From the human T2T-CHM13v2.0 reference genome, Homo sapiens: a stretch of 64,000 nucleotides of DNA. The DNA lies in the NCBI RefSeq assembly GCF_009914755.1, contig NC_060925.1; one strand, 5' to 3'. The position numbers and the translations under genes were made by a program. Under the pieces are notes generated by a model that saw only the letters and a list, made by a program, of their open reading frames with translations, was not told where the DNA came from and did no database searches. Shown here piece by piece: positions 1 to 18,723 of this stretch; the first letter of the stretch is position 1; the number at the start of each line of letters is the position of its first letter.

Positions 1-18
1 CTCCTGTCTTTTCCTTAC

Positions 19-136
19 CTGGAACTATACTGAAGTAATGTTTGATGGCGATGGTCCCTGATAGTGTGGAAAGGACAGACAACATCCCTAGTTTTAAGCT
101 GTCATAAGGAGTCTGGAGGGCACACTCACAAAGTGC
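19..136 (-). CDS. INTS7: INTS7 exon 8
   Basis: ttccag|GCA CTT TGT..., ALCECALQTPYDSLKLGMLSVLSTLSGTIAIKHYFSIVP, G|gtaagg; 118 nt. Confidence 0.93.
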
Positions 137-273
137 CTGGAATGCAGAAGAGAAATGAATATAGAAGTTAAAACATCAATATACTTCTAAACTGTCTACT
201 CCATTTACATTTTCTGGCTTTTAGAAAAATTATATATTAAGGACTTTTTTTCATGTTAAAAAACTTAAATCGA

Positions 274-577
274 GGCCAGGTGCAGTGGCTCATTCTGGTA
301 ATCCCACCAGTTTGGGAGGCTGAGGTGGGAGGATCACTCTAGCTCAGGAGTTTGAGACCAGCCTGGGCTCAAAGTGAGGCCTTGTCTCTACAAAAATTCG
401 AAAAATTAGCTGGGTATGGTGGTACGTGCCTGTGGTCCCAGCTACTTGGGAGGCTGAGGCAGAAGGATCGCTCAAGCCCAGGAGGTCGAGACTGCTATAA
501 ACCATGTTCACGCCACTGCACTCCAGCCTGGGGGACAGAGCAAGACCCTGTCTCAAAAAAAAGAAAAACAAAAAAAG
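274..577 (+). mobile_element. Alu (J-like)
   Basis: Dimeric Alu with A-rich tail. Confidence 0.9.
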
Positions 578-649
578 CACTAGGTCAAACTTCCAAACTC
601 TTTAGGGGAGCCTCAGGAGGCAGGATAACTAAATGTAAACTATGTTGAT

Positions 650-860
650 ACATAAAAACGACACTAGGGAAAAACTAAAGAATTATGAATAAAGAATGAA
701 CTTTGGTTAATAATAACAATGTATCAATATTGGTTCATTTATAACAAAAGTACTATACTATTGTAACATGTCAATAATAGGGGAAATGGTGGGGGAATGT
801 GGGAACCCTGTGTACTATCGTCTCGATTTTTCTGTAAATGTAAAACTATTCTGAAACCCC
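650..860 (+). mobile_element. Old L1 (L1MC-like) 3' end fragment
   Basis: TGTGTACTATC...TTTTTCTGTAAATGTAAAACTATTCT resembles L1MC terminus. Confidence 0.55.
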
Positions 861-1673
861 CACCATATTTTGCTTAGGAGAGATATGAATATTATTTCAT
901 ATATGTGTAATTTTTAAAAATAACAGGGAATATGGAATTCTATCTGGTTTCTAAGTGAACAGAGCTATCTTCCTCCCATTTCTGGCATTTACTCTACTCT
1001 TGACCAGGTAGTTTGAAGTATTACCAAAAATAAGATGCTAGTTTTTCTTTCAATGCAGTGAACTATGAATACATAATCACAGTACAGTGACTCTTGCCTT
1101 ATCCTTTATCACATGATTCTGTATCATATAACTGCATGTAATATAACAAGTCAAATAACTGTTTTGTTAAATTAATTTCCATTCTCCCACAAAGATAAAG
1201 GTTCAGAAAATAAGCAAAACTTAAAGTCTAAGGAAAAAAGTTAAAAATAACATTTCAGAAAGGGTTAAAATAAATTTAATATGACCATCAATAAAATTGT
1301 CAACAAAACTGCAGGATGATTTAGATTATCTGATTTTAAAGATCATGTGGAAAAATAAAAATCAGAAAACATCCAGAAAAACTGGCAAGGAATAGATTCA
1401 AATATATACTAGAATTTAATATATGATAATGGCATTTTAAATTAAAGATACCAGTTAATCAAAACTACAAAGACAATTAACCAGTCATTTGGTAAAATAA
1501 AACTATATCCCTGTTTTTTTTTTTATGGCAAATAAAAAACCAAAACTGTAAAAAGTACTATGAGGTAACATGGAACAATACAAAGTAAAAAGATAATTGG
1601 CAAACCTAGAAAAACATATTCACATCATATAACATCAATTAAGGACCAAGAACCTTAATATATAAAAAGTTCT

Positions 1674-1972
<299 letters not shown>

Positions 1973-4617
1973 GTTCTTACTAATAGGCAAAAACTCAATA
2001 AAAATTTGGTATTTCATAGAAAGAATGTAAACAAATGTCTTTTAAATAGTCTAACCTCATTCATACTTTGAACATTTTAAATTAAAATGTGTCACTTTTT
2101 ACCTATCAGATTGACCAAGGTTAAAGTTTGATAATACATAACACTGAAGAATATGGGGAAATAGGTGCTCTCATTGTTGTCAGAAGAGTAAAATGGTATA
2201 AATCTCTTTGGTGAGTCATTGGTATTAACTCTCAAAAATTTTTAAATATCCATCATTAGACCTAGAAATTTCTTTTCTGAAAATTTATGCTCACAAAGGT
2301 GATTTTTTTACAAACTATTCAATGTAGAAATGTCAACAGTAACCGTGAAAGTATCAGAAACAACCCTAATGTCCATCAGTGGGGAACTGGGTATATAAAG
2401 GAAGTAGCACACAGCTGATAAAAAAAAAAAAATGCAGTAGATCTAGCTGCTAATATAAGATGTTCCCCCATATTAAGAGGTAAAAGGTTTAGAACATGCA
2501 CGTAGTGTATTTTCACTTGTAAAGAAAAAAAGATGGGGCATACACGTTTCCATATTGATGAAAAAGTTTAGGAAGGATACATAAGAAACTATTAACAGTG
2601 ATCACTTCTGCAGAGGAGACCTGAGAAGAGATGACATATTTCACTCATGGTATACTTTTGAGCTCTAGAAATTTTTTGTCATATACATGAATACTTTTTT
2701 GACTGAAAGAAAAACCTAGTTAACAAGAAAAACAGCAGCAGCAGCAAAAATTATCATGAAAGGAATGGAAATAGACCTGAAAGATGCAGTATGTTTCTGG
2801 TAACTGAAGGGAAGACAGTCTAGGTAATGCATACACATACTCTGGCAATTAGGCCAGAATATGGGGTGTTTAATTTTGGCCTAAGAGGAGATATGTTCAA
2901 AAGGATAGAGGCTAAGTAAGATGGGGGGGATTAGGCCAGATGATATAGGGCCTTAAAAGTTAGGCAGAATAATTAAAACCTGATGAAAAAGGAAAAAAAG
3001 AAGCCAGAGGAGAGAATAATGGCATCTAAAGTGTTAGGCAGGATAATTCTGGCAAATGGTAAACAAAATAAAGTTAACAAAGAGAACTGAGAGTTAAGGA
3101 TGCCAACCTATAGCCTCTGGCAGTAATCCAGGCAGGTGGTCATGATGGCCTGAACTAGAACTTGGTAGCAGGAATGGAGACTAGTGAATGAGTATGACAG
3201 ACATTTTAAAAGAGATTACATATCAAGAAATGAATAAGAAGGATTCAGTAAGTATTACAAACTTTCAAATCTAGTAACCAGATTCCATTTAAAAGACTGA
3301 AATTTATGGGGGATAAACCAATTTTAGAAAAAGGACAGAAAATAGGATGAGATATGAAGTCCAAGAAGAAATATCCACCAGGCATTTGGAATCTAAGATA
3401 CAGCAAATTTTTAACTGGAAGACTCACATCAGAATTCTGGCTCTACCACCTACCAACTCTGTGATCTGAGCCAATTACTGAAATATTTGAGTCTCAACTT
3501 CTTTGTCTGTAAAATGGGGTAAATATTTGTAAAGAACTGTTGATTTTCATAAAAAACACCTCTAGAAAAATATACAAAAAAATAGATATTGGTTGCCACT
3601 GGGCAAAGGAGCTACATAGATGAGAGAACAGTAGGCGGGAAACAGTCATTATACATCCTTTTGTAGTTTTGGAATTTTGACCACATGAATGTGTTGGCAT
3701 TTAAAAAACTGAATTAAAATTAAAAATCAAATGTAAGTGAGGTAACATCTACTGTCTGTAAGATTACAAAGCCACTAAAAGTCAAAGCACTTTGTGACCC
3801 ATACAGGCTACTATGTTAGAGAGCAATGTAGAAGCTCAGGTAAAAGGACTAGATTGTTGGAGGCCCTGCAAACTGGCATTAAGAAAGGCCATAAGAATGA
3901 CAGAATAAATGGTAGAAAGCAGAGAGCCATGGACTCAACTTGGAAGAAAAAGGGCAGTGAAGAATACAGAGAAGGTGCAGGTTAGGTAGTGTTATGAATG
4001 AGTGAGGACAGTTAAGTGCCAAAGAGGCCAAGAGAAGGGGCAGGTTGACAGTGCCAAATGTAAAGTGCCTAAGCACAGTGACAGGAAAACAGATCAAAAT
4101 GCAAGTGTATGAAAGAAAGAGCAGGGGATGAGGAAATAAAAGCAGATATAGATGCTGTTTTTGAAGTTCAAAAGAATGCATTTTAAAAAAGTGATTATTA
4201 TTTAATACTATAATTTATATTTATTTATTCAAGCACTTAGGCCATTTCCGTTGTTCACTTTTTGTTACCTAAATTGGCCTGCCTTGTACTGTTAATTAGC
4301 TTGTGATTAGGACTAATATCCTAAACCAAACAGCCCCAGAAGTTAGGAACTATGTTCTATATTTATATGTATTCCATATTATGTCTCAGATTGCTCTATG
4401 TATAACAGATATTTAGCCTTCTGTGATAATAAACTAGGTGAGAGATTTTATATAAAATGATAATATTAATAATTTTAAATAAGAAGAATTTTACCATTTA
4501 AAAAACTGAATATTAGAAAATCTTGTGATAAAATTATTTACAATGTTATATTCTGTTTCTGTCATCTAGCACATTATTGGGAACCTAAAGCAGTCTCAGT
4601 AAATAAATATTCGTTTA

Positions 4618-4892
<275 letters not shown>

Positions 4893-5505
4893 TCATGAAG
4901 TTCCCCAGAAATGATACGTCAATCACATTTCCATATAAAATCTGGTTCGTGGACATTACCTATTACAAAATTGTTACCAGGACCATTTTTCATAACAAAA
5001 AGGAAAAACTGTCTTTTCAAATGGAGTCCTCTGTCTCATTCATTACCACTGCCTTCTTCACTAACTATTTGGTCTACATTTCCTTCTCTACTGGCTTAAC
5101 TCACTACTCAACTAGAGGCTCTGGCCTGAATTATTGTTGTCTGGGTCAATCCCTAAATAGGGGCTTCTCCTACACCCTGGAATAGGACTGGTCACCAGGG
5201 ATATGTTCCAGAAAAGTATAGTAAAAAGGAGTTTATAATCTTTAAAGTAAAGAAAAATGTTATGTTTGAAAGTATTCTGTCAGAGACAGAATACCTCAAA
5301 ACTTTCTGTCTCCTTTGCAGTTATGCAAAGAAAAAGATTATTACAAGAACTAATTCTCAGGCTGAACTTGTTACTCCTCCTAGTCACAGGTAAGGTACAA
5401 ATTAGAAGCTCTCAGAAGAGATAATGCTAAAAATAAAATTTACATCTTTGAGACTATCTGGAACAAATAATACTTTGCTCTGTAACAGAGAGGTTGCATA
5501 AATCA

Positions 5506-5856
<351 letters not shown>

Positions 5857-6227
5857 CTATTAATAGAGATTAACACAAGCTAAGATGGTTATTTATCCCA
5901 GCATGGCATCAAAAAAATCTAAAGAAAAATATAAACACACTAAAAAATGTTTTTCCTATGAAACTATCGTTTTTGACTACCGTAATAATAATAATATACT
6001 TGGACCTTGATTTAGGCCCTTCCTTCTTTCAGGTTTTTAAAGGTATACAGAATGAAAGCTATTCATTTAAACCTGAAATATCTGATTCCATCTGAAAATT
6101 ATAATACTAACCAACAAACCAGAAAAAGTAGCAGTGGAAATGGACACAATGTGAACCTGAAATACTAAAACTCAAAAACAACCAGCAATGATAAGACTGG
6201 CTGAGACAAAGGCAGAAAGTAACAAAA

Positions 6228-6274
6228 GAAGGAAAGACAAAAGGAGAGAAGGAAAGACAAAAGGAGAGAAGGAA
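6228..6274. repeat. 20-bp tandem repeat x2.3
   Basis: GAAGGAAAGACAAAAGGAGA repeated. Confidence 0.9.
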
Positions 6275-6487
6275 GAAGGGAAGCCCTACAATTACTCTTG
6301 GTAATTGTAAAATAATGATGGAAGAAATAAGTAAAAAACCTGTTATACAATCACTCTTGGTAATTGTGAGTAAAATTCAAATTCAAAATCAACACCTTAT
6401 TACTTTAGAAAAGGTTAAATCGTTAGAATTGTTTTCCCCTGCTGTATTTCAGTATTTTCAAAAATATATCTAGGCTATAAAAAATGA

Positions 6488-6863
<376 letters not shown>

Positions 6864-7779
6864 AGGAAAAAAATTCTTCATGAAGAAACAAACATTTAAA
6901 AAAAAGTATGTTCAATTAAAAAAAAAACAAAACAAAACACAAAAATCCATAAGAAACATAAATCAGAATAAAAATTCAAGATAAGATATGGTATAATGAA
7001 GAAATAATAGTAAGCTGTGAAATCAACAAAACAATTGCATTTAACTAATTGTTAATGTGGTTGTAAAGCTCAATGCAAATATTATTTTTAAAAATTATTA
7101 CAAAAAAGAAACTTCATAGTATTAAAAAAAAAGATAACTGGCAATTAGATTCCAGATTACTTTAACATGATATGGGGTGAGGGGAAGATGAATGGCAGCA
7201 GAAAAGAGAATTAGGCCTCTTAAAATTTGCAACATTTCAGCCATCATAATTTTCATTCTTAATGTTAATAATTATGCCTAATTAGCACATTAAAATCTTT
7301 TAACTCACTAGAGGAAGACAAGAACAAAGAAAACTTGATCAAAATAGCAAAGAAAAGCGATGGGACAAAGGAAACAGAAAGCATTACAGACAGCATAAAA
7401 TAATGATGGAAGAAATAAGCAAAAAAACTTGTTATACCAATAAATGTAAACAACTTATGGTACACATTTTTAAAGACTCGAATTAAGTCAAAAGAGGTAA
7501 ACTGTTTTTTCTTTCTTTATTTTACCTGACAGCAATAACTTCAGCATCAAAAGAGGTAAATCTAACTATAAGGATCATACCTAGATGACAGAGAAAGGTT
7601 AAACGGATAATAAAATTGGCAAAGACAAAAGATACATGCAAAGAAAAACAAGCAAGTGGCAATATTAACAAAATGAATGAGGCCAAGGCTGCAAATAGAA
7701 CAGAAGATTCTTTTATGCAGATAAAACTCTCTATGGAATAAGACAGCCCTAATATTTTTTAATTGAAATGGTTAGATAT

Positions 7780-8130
7780 TGCTGTGGTCTGAATATTTGT
7801 GTCTCCCCGAAAATTCCTATGCTGAAATCCTAACCGCCAAGTTGATGGAATTAGGAGGTGGGGACTTTGAGAGGTGATTAGGCCATAGGGAAGGAGCCCT
7901 CATGAATGGGGTAAGTAACCTTACAGAAGAAGCACAAGGGAGTGTGGTCACCCCTTCCACCATGTGAGGGCCAAAGCAAGAAGACAGAAAGTGGGCCCTC
8001 ACCAGACACTGAATCTGCTGGAGTCATGATTTTAGACTTCCCAGCTTCCAGAAATGTCCGAAATAAATTTGTGTTATTTGTAAGCAACACAGGTTATGGT
8101 ATTGCTACAGCAGCCCAAATGAACTAAGAA
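7780..8130 (+). mobile_element. ERVL-MaLR solo LTR (MLT1A-like)
   Basis: TGCTGTGGTCTGAAT...GCCCTCACCAGACACTGAATCTGCTGG...AATAAATTTGTGTT...AACTAAGA. Confidence 0.85.
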
Positions 8131-8218
8131 AAATATAAACTGGAGTGAGAAACTAAAGACTATCAAAATTTCACACACTGACAAGAGAAAAAAACTAATT
8201 TAAGATATAGTATACCTA

Positions 8219-8608
<390 letters not shown>

Positions 8609-8876
8609 TTACAAAAAGTGATCCTACAATGGGCCACAAATAAACTTTAAGAATGACAAAAAGCAACAACAAAAATTCCACCAACAAATATGGAAAATTA
8701 ATCACTTCAAAAGCAGAAAACATTAAACTAATGCCATGGTCAAAGAAGAAATAAAAATTGCTCTCATGGATATTAAAAAAAATCACTTACAGTAGCATTA
8801 AGACCATGAAATATTTAGGAATGTATCTAACAAAATATGTGCAAGATTTGTATGCTGAACTAAAAACCACCCATAT

Positions 8877-9183
8877 GGCCTGGCGCAGTGGTACACGCCT
8901 ATAACCCCAGCACTTTGGGAGGTCCAGGCAGGCAGACTGCTTGAGCCCAGGAGTTTGAGACCAGCCTGGACAAAATAGCGAGATCTCACCTCTACAAAAA
9001 AATACAAAAATTGGCTGGGTGTTGGTGTGCACCTGTGGTTTCAGCTCCTTGGTAGGTTGAAGTGTGAGGATTGCTTAAGCCTGGGGGGTCAAGACTGCAA
9101 AGAGCCGTGATCGCACCACTGCACTCCAGCCTGGGCACTGGAGTGAGACCCTGTCTCAAAAAATAAATAAATAAAAATAAAAA
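8877..9183 (+). mobile_element. Alu (J-like)
   Basis: Full Alu, (TAAA)n tail. Confidence 0.9.
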
Positions 9184-9191
9184 CCACTGAT

Positions 9192-9349
9192 AAGATGCGG
9201 GATAAAAGACTACAAATTGGGTACAGTGTATAGTGCTTGGGTCATGGGTACACCAAAATCTCACAAATCACCACCAAAGAACTTACTCATGTAACCAAAC
9301 ACCACCTGCTCCCCAAAAACCTATGGAAAAAACAAAACAAAACAAAAAT
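9192..9349 (+). mobile_element. Short L1PB-like 3' end insertion
   Basis: CAAATCACCACCAAAGAACTTACTCATGTAACCAAACACCACCTG, (CAAAA)n tail, TSD ACCACTGAT. Confidence 0.8.
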
Positions 9350-9396
9350 ACCACTGATGAGAAACTGAAGAAGAGCTGAAAAAAAAGAGAGAGATA

Positions 9397-9684
9397 GGCC
9401 AGGTGCAGTGGCTCATGCCTGGAATCCTAGCACTTTGAGAGGCTGACGTGGGCAAATCATTTGAGACCCGGAGCTTGAGACCAGCCTGGGCAATGTGGCA
9501 AAATACCAGCAATACAAAAATTAGACAGGCATGGTGGCGTGTACCTGTAGTCCCATCTACTCAGGAGGCTGAGGTGGGAGATCACCTGAGGCTGCAGTGA
9601 ATCATGACTGCACACCATTGCACTCCAGCCTGGGCAACAGAGTGAAACCTATCTCCAAACAGAAAAAAAAAAAAAAAAAAAAAA
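9397..9684 (+). mobile_element. Alu (J-like)
   Basis: Alu with small internal deletion and poly(A). Confidence 0.88.
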
Positions 9685-9730
9685 GGGAGAGATGTACCAT
9701 GTTCATGGATCAAAAAAACACAATACTATT

Positions 9731-11700
<1,970 letters not shown>

Positions 11701-11908
11701 TTTAAAAAATGCATTTCAAACTAATGGCAATGAGAACAATACAAGACATAATTTACAAAATGCGGTCAATCTGTACCAAGAAGCAAATTAATGGTCTTAA
11801 CTGCTTTCATTATTAAACGGAAAAAATAAAAATGAATATACCAAGGATTTGAAAAAGATAAGAAAGCAAAGCTTCCGGCAAGTCTAATCAAGAAAAAGGG
11901 GATATATA

Positions 11909-12302
<394 letters not shown>

Positions 12303-13151
12303 TTATGCTGATACTAATGAATTTGAGAAGTAAATTAAATGGGAAACAAATGACCAAAACTGATTCCAGAAGAGGTAAAAAACTGACAGGACAATAACAT
12401 GTAGTGATTGGAAATGTTCTCAAAACAACTATCGCTGGAAAAAGTTCTACATTCAGATAAATTTGTGGTACTTTTAAAGTTGTATCTTCAGAAACAGAAA
12501 ATTCTGTTATACTTCTTAACCACTCCAGAGTATAGAAAGAGAAACTTCCCAGTTCATTTTAAGACAGCACAACCCCAACCCTACAATCTGTCAAAGTATT
12601 CAAAAAGGAAAAACTAAAGAATAAACTTACCTTTAATATAACTTACAGCTACCCTTAAAAAAGCATTTATTTGTATGTGCCAGACACCACATTATATATT
12701 GCTTTACTCAAATATCTTACATGGCAATCCTCTATTTCCCTAGTTTATTTGAATTTCTGTGTTTCTTTAAAACCTTTCTCTTTGCCTCCTCCATTTTTAA
12801 CCATACCTAATGACCATGTTTCCTAATTACCTAACAAAACAAAACCCAAAAAAAATCCATCACAAGAGACTTTCTATAACTTTTTACCATAATACCTACT
12901 CATTCACCTACATTAGGCTTCTTAAGGTCTTCCTTCCTATTCTATGTGAACTAGAGAAAGCCTATCTACTTCTACACTGGATCCCTTCCAGTCTCACCCA
13001 CTCAAGGCCATTGCTGTTGCAATTCTTCCCCTCTACCAGGTCATTTCCATCAATAAAAAACAAGTTTACTCCTCCGAGGATAAAAACAAACAAACAGCAT
13101 ACCCTTTAGCAATACCATATCATTTCTCTGCTCCCTTGAGGGCAGAATTCC

Positions 13152-13435
<284 letters not shown>

Positions 13436-13459
13436 CAGAATTCCTCTTAAAACGTTTTC

Positions 13460-13677
13460 TACAGTAGGCACTCAATATTCATGGGTTCCGCATCCACTGA
13501 TTCAACCAAATCCAGATCGAAAGTATTTGAAATAATAATAAAAAAGAATAATACAAATAAAAAAACAACATAATACAACTATTTACTTAAGATTACATTG
13601 TATTAGGTATTATAAGTAATCTAGAGAAGGGTTGGTCCTGGAACCAATCTCCAGCGGATACTGAGAGACCAATGTAC
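13460..13677 (-). mobile_element. MER2-like TcMar-Tigger DNA transposon (internally deleted)
   Basis: TACAGT...ATTAGGTATTATAAGTAATCTAGAG...GGTCCTGGAACCAATC..CGGATACTGAG...TGTA. Confidence 0.7.
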
Positions 13678-13679
13678 AT

Positions 13680-14865
13680 TCACTGCCTTAAATCTCCCTC
13701 CTGTTTTCCTGCAGAATCCACTCTACTCAGTCTTTTACCCACAATGTTGCAGCAAAATTGCTCTCTTAAGGTTATCAATGACTTCATATTGCCAAACGCA
13801 AAGGTGAACTATCAGTCCTTATCTTGGCGAATATGGCTGCAGTAGCTCTCATGGTAGATCAAGGTCTTCTCCCTATAAAATACTATTCTGACTTACATAT
13901 CACTGGCCACTCCTTTTCAGGCCCCTTTGCTGGTTGTTTCTCAGTTCATCATTCCCTAAATCTTCTCTAGCCATATTGTCTCCCTAGTTGAGTCATCCAG
14001 TCTCATGGCTTCAAATACCATCTATAAACTGACAACTCTCATATTTATAACCTCAGCTGGATCTGTCCACTAAACTCCAGGCATATGTCCTTGACATCTC
14101 CACCTGGATGTCTAACATTTTACAGTTTATATACTCAGAAGTAAACTCTTGATCTTCAAGAAATGAGTCTCCCAGAGTCTTGCCCATTCCAAGTAAATCA
14201 CAATTGCATTTGTTGATGGTAAAAAGCTTAGAGCCACCTTTCTTTCTCTACACTATACCAGGAAATCCATCAGCTCTAGCCTTTAAAATATATCCAAACT
14301 ATTACCACTTCTCACTACCACCCCAACTACCTTGGTTCAGGTAACCACATATTTTCTAATTCGATTATTTGTAACTGCCTCTTAAATGTTCTCCCGGCTT
14401 CTGCCTTTGGGCCCCTACAACCTAGTCTCAATATAGCTAAGCCAGAGATAATCTTTTAGAACTTAAGTCAGATAATGTCCTCTGCTCAGAATCTTCCAGA
14501 GGCAATCTATCTCATGTAGAGTAAAAAGCTAAAGTCCTTAAGAAGGACTCAAAGGCCCTAAATGCCTATTCTTCCCTACCATCACCTAACATCACCTCCT
14601 ACTAATCTCCTCTATTAACAGTCACACTGACCTCACACTCATGAATGTTCTCACTTCAGGGCCTTTTGGCTTTTCTCCTCCTGATAATACCCTTCCTTTA
14701 GGGGCCCACAAAATTGACATTCCCTTCTTTAGGTCTTTGCACAAATGTCAACTTCGCAGTGAGGGTTTCCCTAACCAGCCTACTTAAAACTGCAACCTCC
14801 ACCTTCCATATTCACTAATCTTCTTCCTGACTTAAGTTTTCTTGGCAGCATTTATCACTGTCTGA
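13680..14865 (+). mobile_element. L2 LINE fragment
   Basis: CATCCAGTCTCATGGCTTCAAATACCATCTA...GACATCTCCACCTGGATGTCTAA typical of L2. Confidence 0.75.
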
Positions 14866-16071
14866 CGTCTCTGCCTAGCGGAAGCAAATGCAAATCCCTA
14901 CAGGAATGTACTTTTTGGTTTGAGCCTCAAAGAATTCCCACACATACTTCTCCAAGAATAATGACTAGTTCAAAGTGAAAAACAATCAGGTATACAAGGA
15001 AAAAGGGTATAGAAATAGAGAGTAGAGACAAATCTGCAGACTTTAGATAAACTGAAAAAATAATTATTGAACTAAAACATATATAAGAAGAAATTACTGA
15101 GAACTTAGCACAAAGAGATAGAAAATAGAAAACAAGATAAGGAACATGAGGGATTAACGGGAGAAGGGTTATCATACATTTAATAGGAGGTCCAGAAGAA
15201 AAGGTGAGAAAAAGAGACAGCGGCAATATCTGAAGAAATTACAAGTAACAATTTCCCAGAATTGCTGAAAGACACCAATCTTCTGATTCAAGAAATCAAA
15301 CATAGTCTAGACAGTTTAAAAAGAAATTCGCAACTAGACATTTCATAGTGAAACTACAGAAAATCAAGTCAAAGAGAACAATTTTAAAGCAAAAAAAAAA
15401 AAAAAAAAAACCCTTCAAAGAGTATTACTATTTTTCAGTGGCAATAAAGAAAACCAGTAGACAGCAGAATGGTATCCTCAATGCCCTGGGAATTCTATCC
15501 CAAGAAAGCATCTTTCAAGATTGAGGACAAAATGAAAGCATTTTCAGGCAAGCAAATATTGAGAGGGTTTACCACCACAGACTCTCACTCAAGGACCTTC
15601 CGAAGGCAGAAGGAAAAGTAACTAGGAAATAGCTGAGATGCAAGAAGAGCAAAGACAGTGGAAGGTGCAAATGAACAATGAATTCCCTAAACAATAACAA
15701 AATTGTATCAGAAAAAAGTTTAATTATATTTTATTTAACTTGTATCTTAATTATACAAGACAATAATACATAAAAGTGTAGAGTGATGAAAATGGCATTC
15801 AAATGTGTTCAAAGGACTTTTAGCAGAATTAACTTTAGACTGATAAAAATGACTATGAGTTATATTTTCATTTCTAGGATAACAACTAAAAGAATATTTA
15901 ACAAGACTGTATACTTCCAGACTAGTCAAGTCAAATGGAATGGTAAGATATCAAAAATAATCAATACAGGAAGAAACCCCCCTCTCCTCCAAAGAGTGAA
16001 AAGGAACAGGGGAGACAGAGAGAAAACACAAAATAAAATGGTAGATTTAAACTCAAATGTGTGACAAATCA

Positions 16072-16531
<460 letters not shown>

Positions 16532-17528
16532 TCAACATATGTAAAAGAAAACTAAAGTAGTGATATTAATATCAGACGAAATAGACTAGGGCAAGAGACA
16601 CATTTAAGGGACCTAAAATAAGTGGAAAGATATAACATGTTCATGCACTGGAAGACAATATTATAAAGTTACCAATTTCTTACAAACTAATCTTTATATT
16701 CAGTGTAATCCCAATCAAACTGTTAAATTTGACAAGCTGATTCTGAAATTTATATAGAATTGTCAAGGACTAACAAAGTATGAGTATTCCAAATATATAA
16801 AAAATAACTATGAATCAACAGAAAAATAGGCAAGAGACCTGAATAGCCATGTCATAAGAGAAAATCCAAATGGTCAATAAACATATTAAAAAGGTGTTCA
16901 ATTTCTTTAATAATCAAGGAGCTACACATAAAAAGTACAACTTCTAAACTGGTAAAAAACGTAAGTCTGATAATTCTATGTGTTGGTACGGATGTGATTA
17001 ATGGACGCCCTCATACACAGCAGGAATGTAAACTGGTTCATTGACTTTGGAAAACAGTTTGACATCATCTGTTAAAACTGAAGATACGCATTTTCTGTAA
17101 GTCAGAAATTTCATTCCCAGGTATACACTCTAAAGAAATTTGCGTGTGTGAACTGGGAGACAAACAGAAGAATGTTCTGCACTGTTTGCAATAGGCCCAT
17201 GCGGAAATAACCCATCGAGAGCAAATAAACTGTGATACATTCATACAATGGGATAGTACATTACAATTAAAGGGGAAAGACATGGATGAGTCTCACCAGT
17301 GTAATGCTGAGCAAAAGAAACAAAAACAAAGCTAAACAGTATTCTTTAGGAAGACATGTGAAGAAGGTAAAAGAAGAGCAAAGAAATTATTATCATGAAA
17401 GTCAAAATGGTGGTTTGCTTTTGGAAGGTGTAAAGTTTCAACCAGGAAGGACCACGCAAGGGAAGGAGGCAGGGTTCTGTGATCCTGTAATGTTCTATTT
17501 CTAGCTGGATGGTAGTTGCATGGGTTTT

Positions 17529-17618
17529 CACTTAAAAGTATTTAAAATATTTATACATTTTACATACTTTTCTCACTTAAAGGTATTTAAACTATTTATA
17601 TATTTTACATACTTTTCT
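17529..17618. repeat. 45-bp tandem duplication
   Basis: CACTTAAAAGTATTTAAAATATTTATACATTTTACATACTTTTCT x2 with 3 mismatches. Confidence 0.9.
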
Positions 17619-18723
17619 GTATGTATGATCTATCTCACAATAAGAAAAAAATGAGAAGGAATAATACTGTGCTTCTCACTCATCTTTCTAAATAACTGGG
17701 TTTGGTTCTTTGTACAAATTCTCTAAAATGACTAAAGTGGCTGGGCACATTCTCTTCTTGGAAAGATAGCATTATTTAGTAGAAAAAGCAATAAGACTAG
17801 GGATCAGAGGACAGAAGCTCTCTTAATTAAATTCTTAATTTACTTCTCTTAAGATGCTCTCTTAAGCATATTAAGTCTCTCTGAACCCTAACTGCTTATC
17901 TATTAAATGCAGATTTAACAACTGCCCTTATCTTGGGATATCTGTGACTATCAAATCATAATATAGTAAATTAAAAGATGTTTAGAAAACAACAAACAAA
18001 CAAACAGAAAAACAAACACAGCAGTTTAGTTTTAATAATCTGAAATTCAAAGATTTTTAATCCACTGGAGTCATGATGAAGCTGAGAGATAAAAACTACC
18101 GTTCCATTTTAAATAGCATTATTTGCAAAATGGTGTTATTTCTATCGGTAATGGGTAAACAAACAGGGTTCTATTTTGAGAAAAAAATAAACATAAAATA
18201 TTAATTTAACCTAACAGATGGTAAGAGATGGTGTCAAAGATGCACATTAAAAGTCTAAAGAGTGAGATCTGCTCTTCTGTTTACAAAAGAAGACTTAGGA
18301 ATGTCTTCAGCTCTCCAGGAAGAGAGAAATATATTTCCCAAGTTGCCCATCCAGCCCTACCTCCATTACAGATAACATTCAGCCCCTAAATTTTTCTCCC
18401 CAAATTGACTGAAAAATACAAGAATAAAAAAACCAAACCAATGTAATTGGGCTTCTCAATTAGCCTTAGTGCCACTATGGGAGAATGAACAAGCAACTGA
18501 GTGGCAAGTTTCACTGACTAAAACAAACATTGAAGTATAGAAGTTTTATGTATTTATTGTGCCACTTATAAAATAACTGCCACAAACATCAACAATGCTT
18601 TTAGAAGTTTTTCATATTCAACCACTTAGAAGATGACAAAGACAATATAAAAATGCAAAACATTTTACTATATTATAATGTTATATTATTTTTTCTATAT
18701 AAAATGTTACAAGTTCTACATAC

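Noticed and set aside
6287-6367. CRISPR-like repeat-spacer-repeat
   Set aside because: Only two repeats, hominid intron, no cas genes; better explained as a templated insertion.
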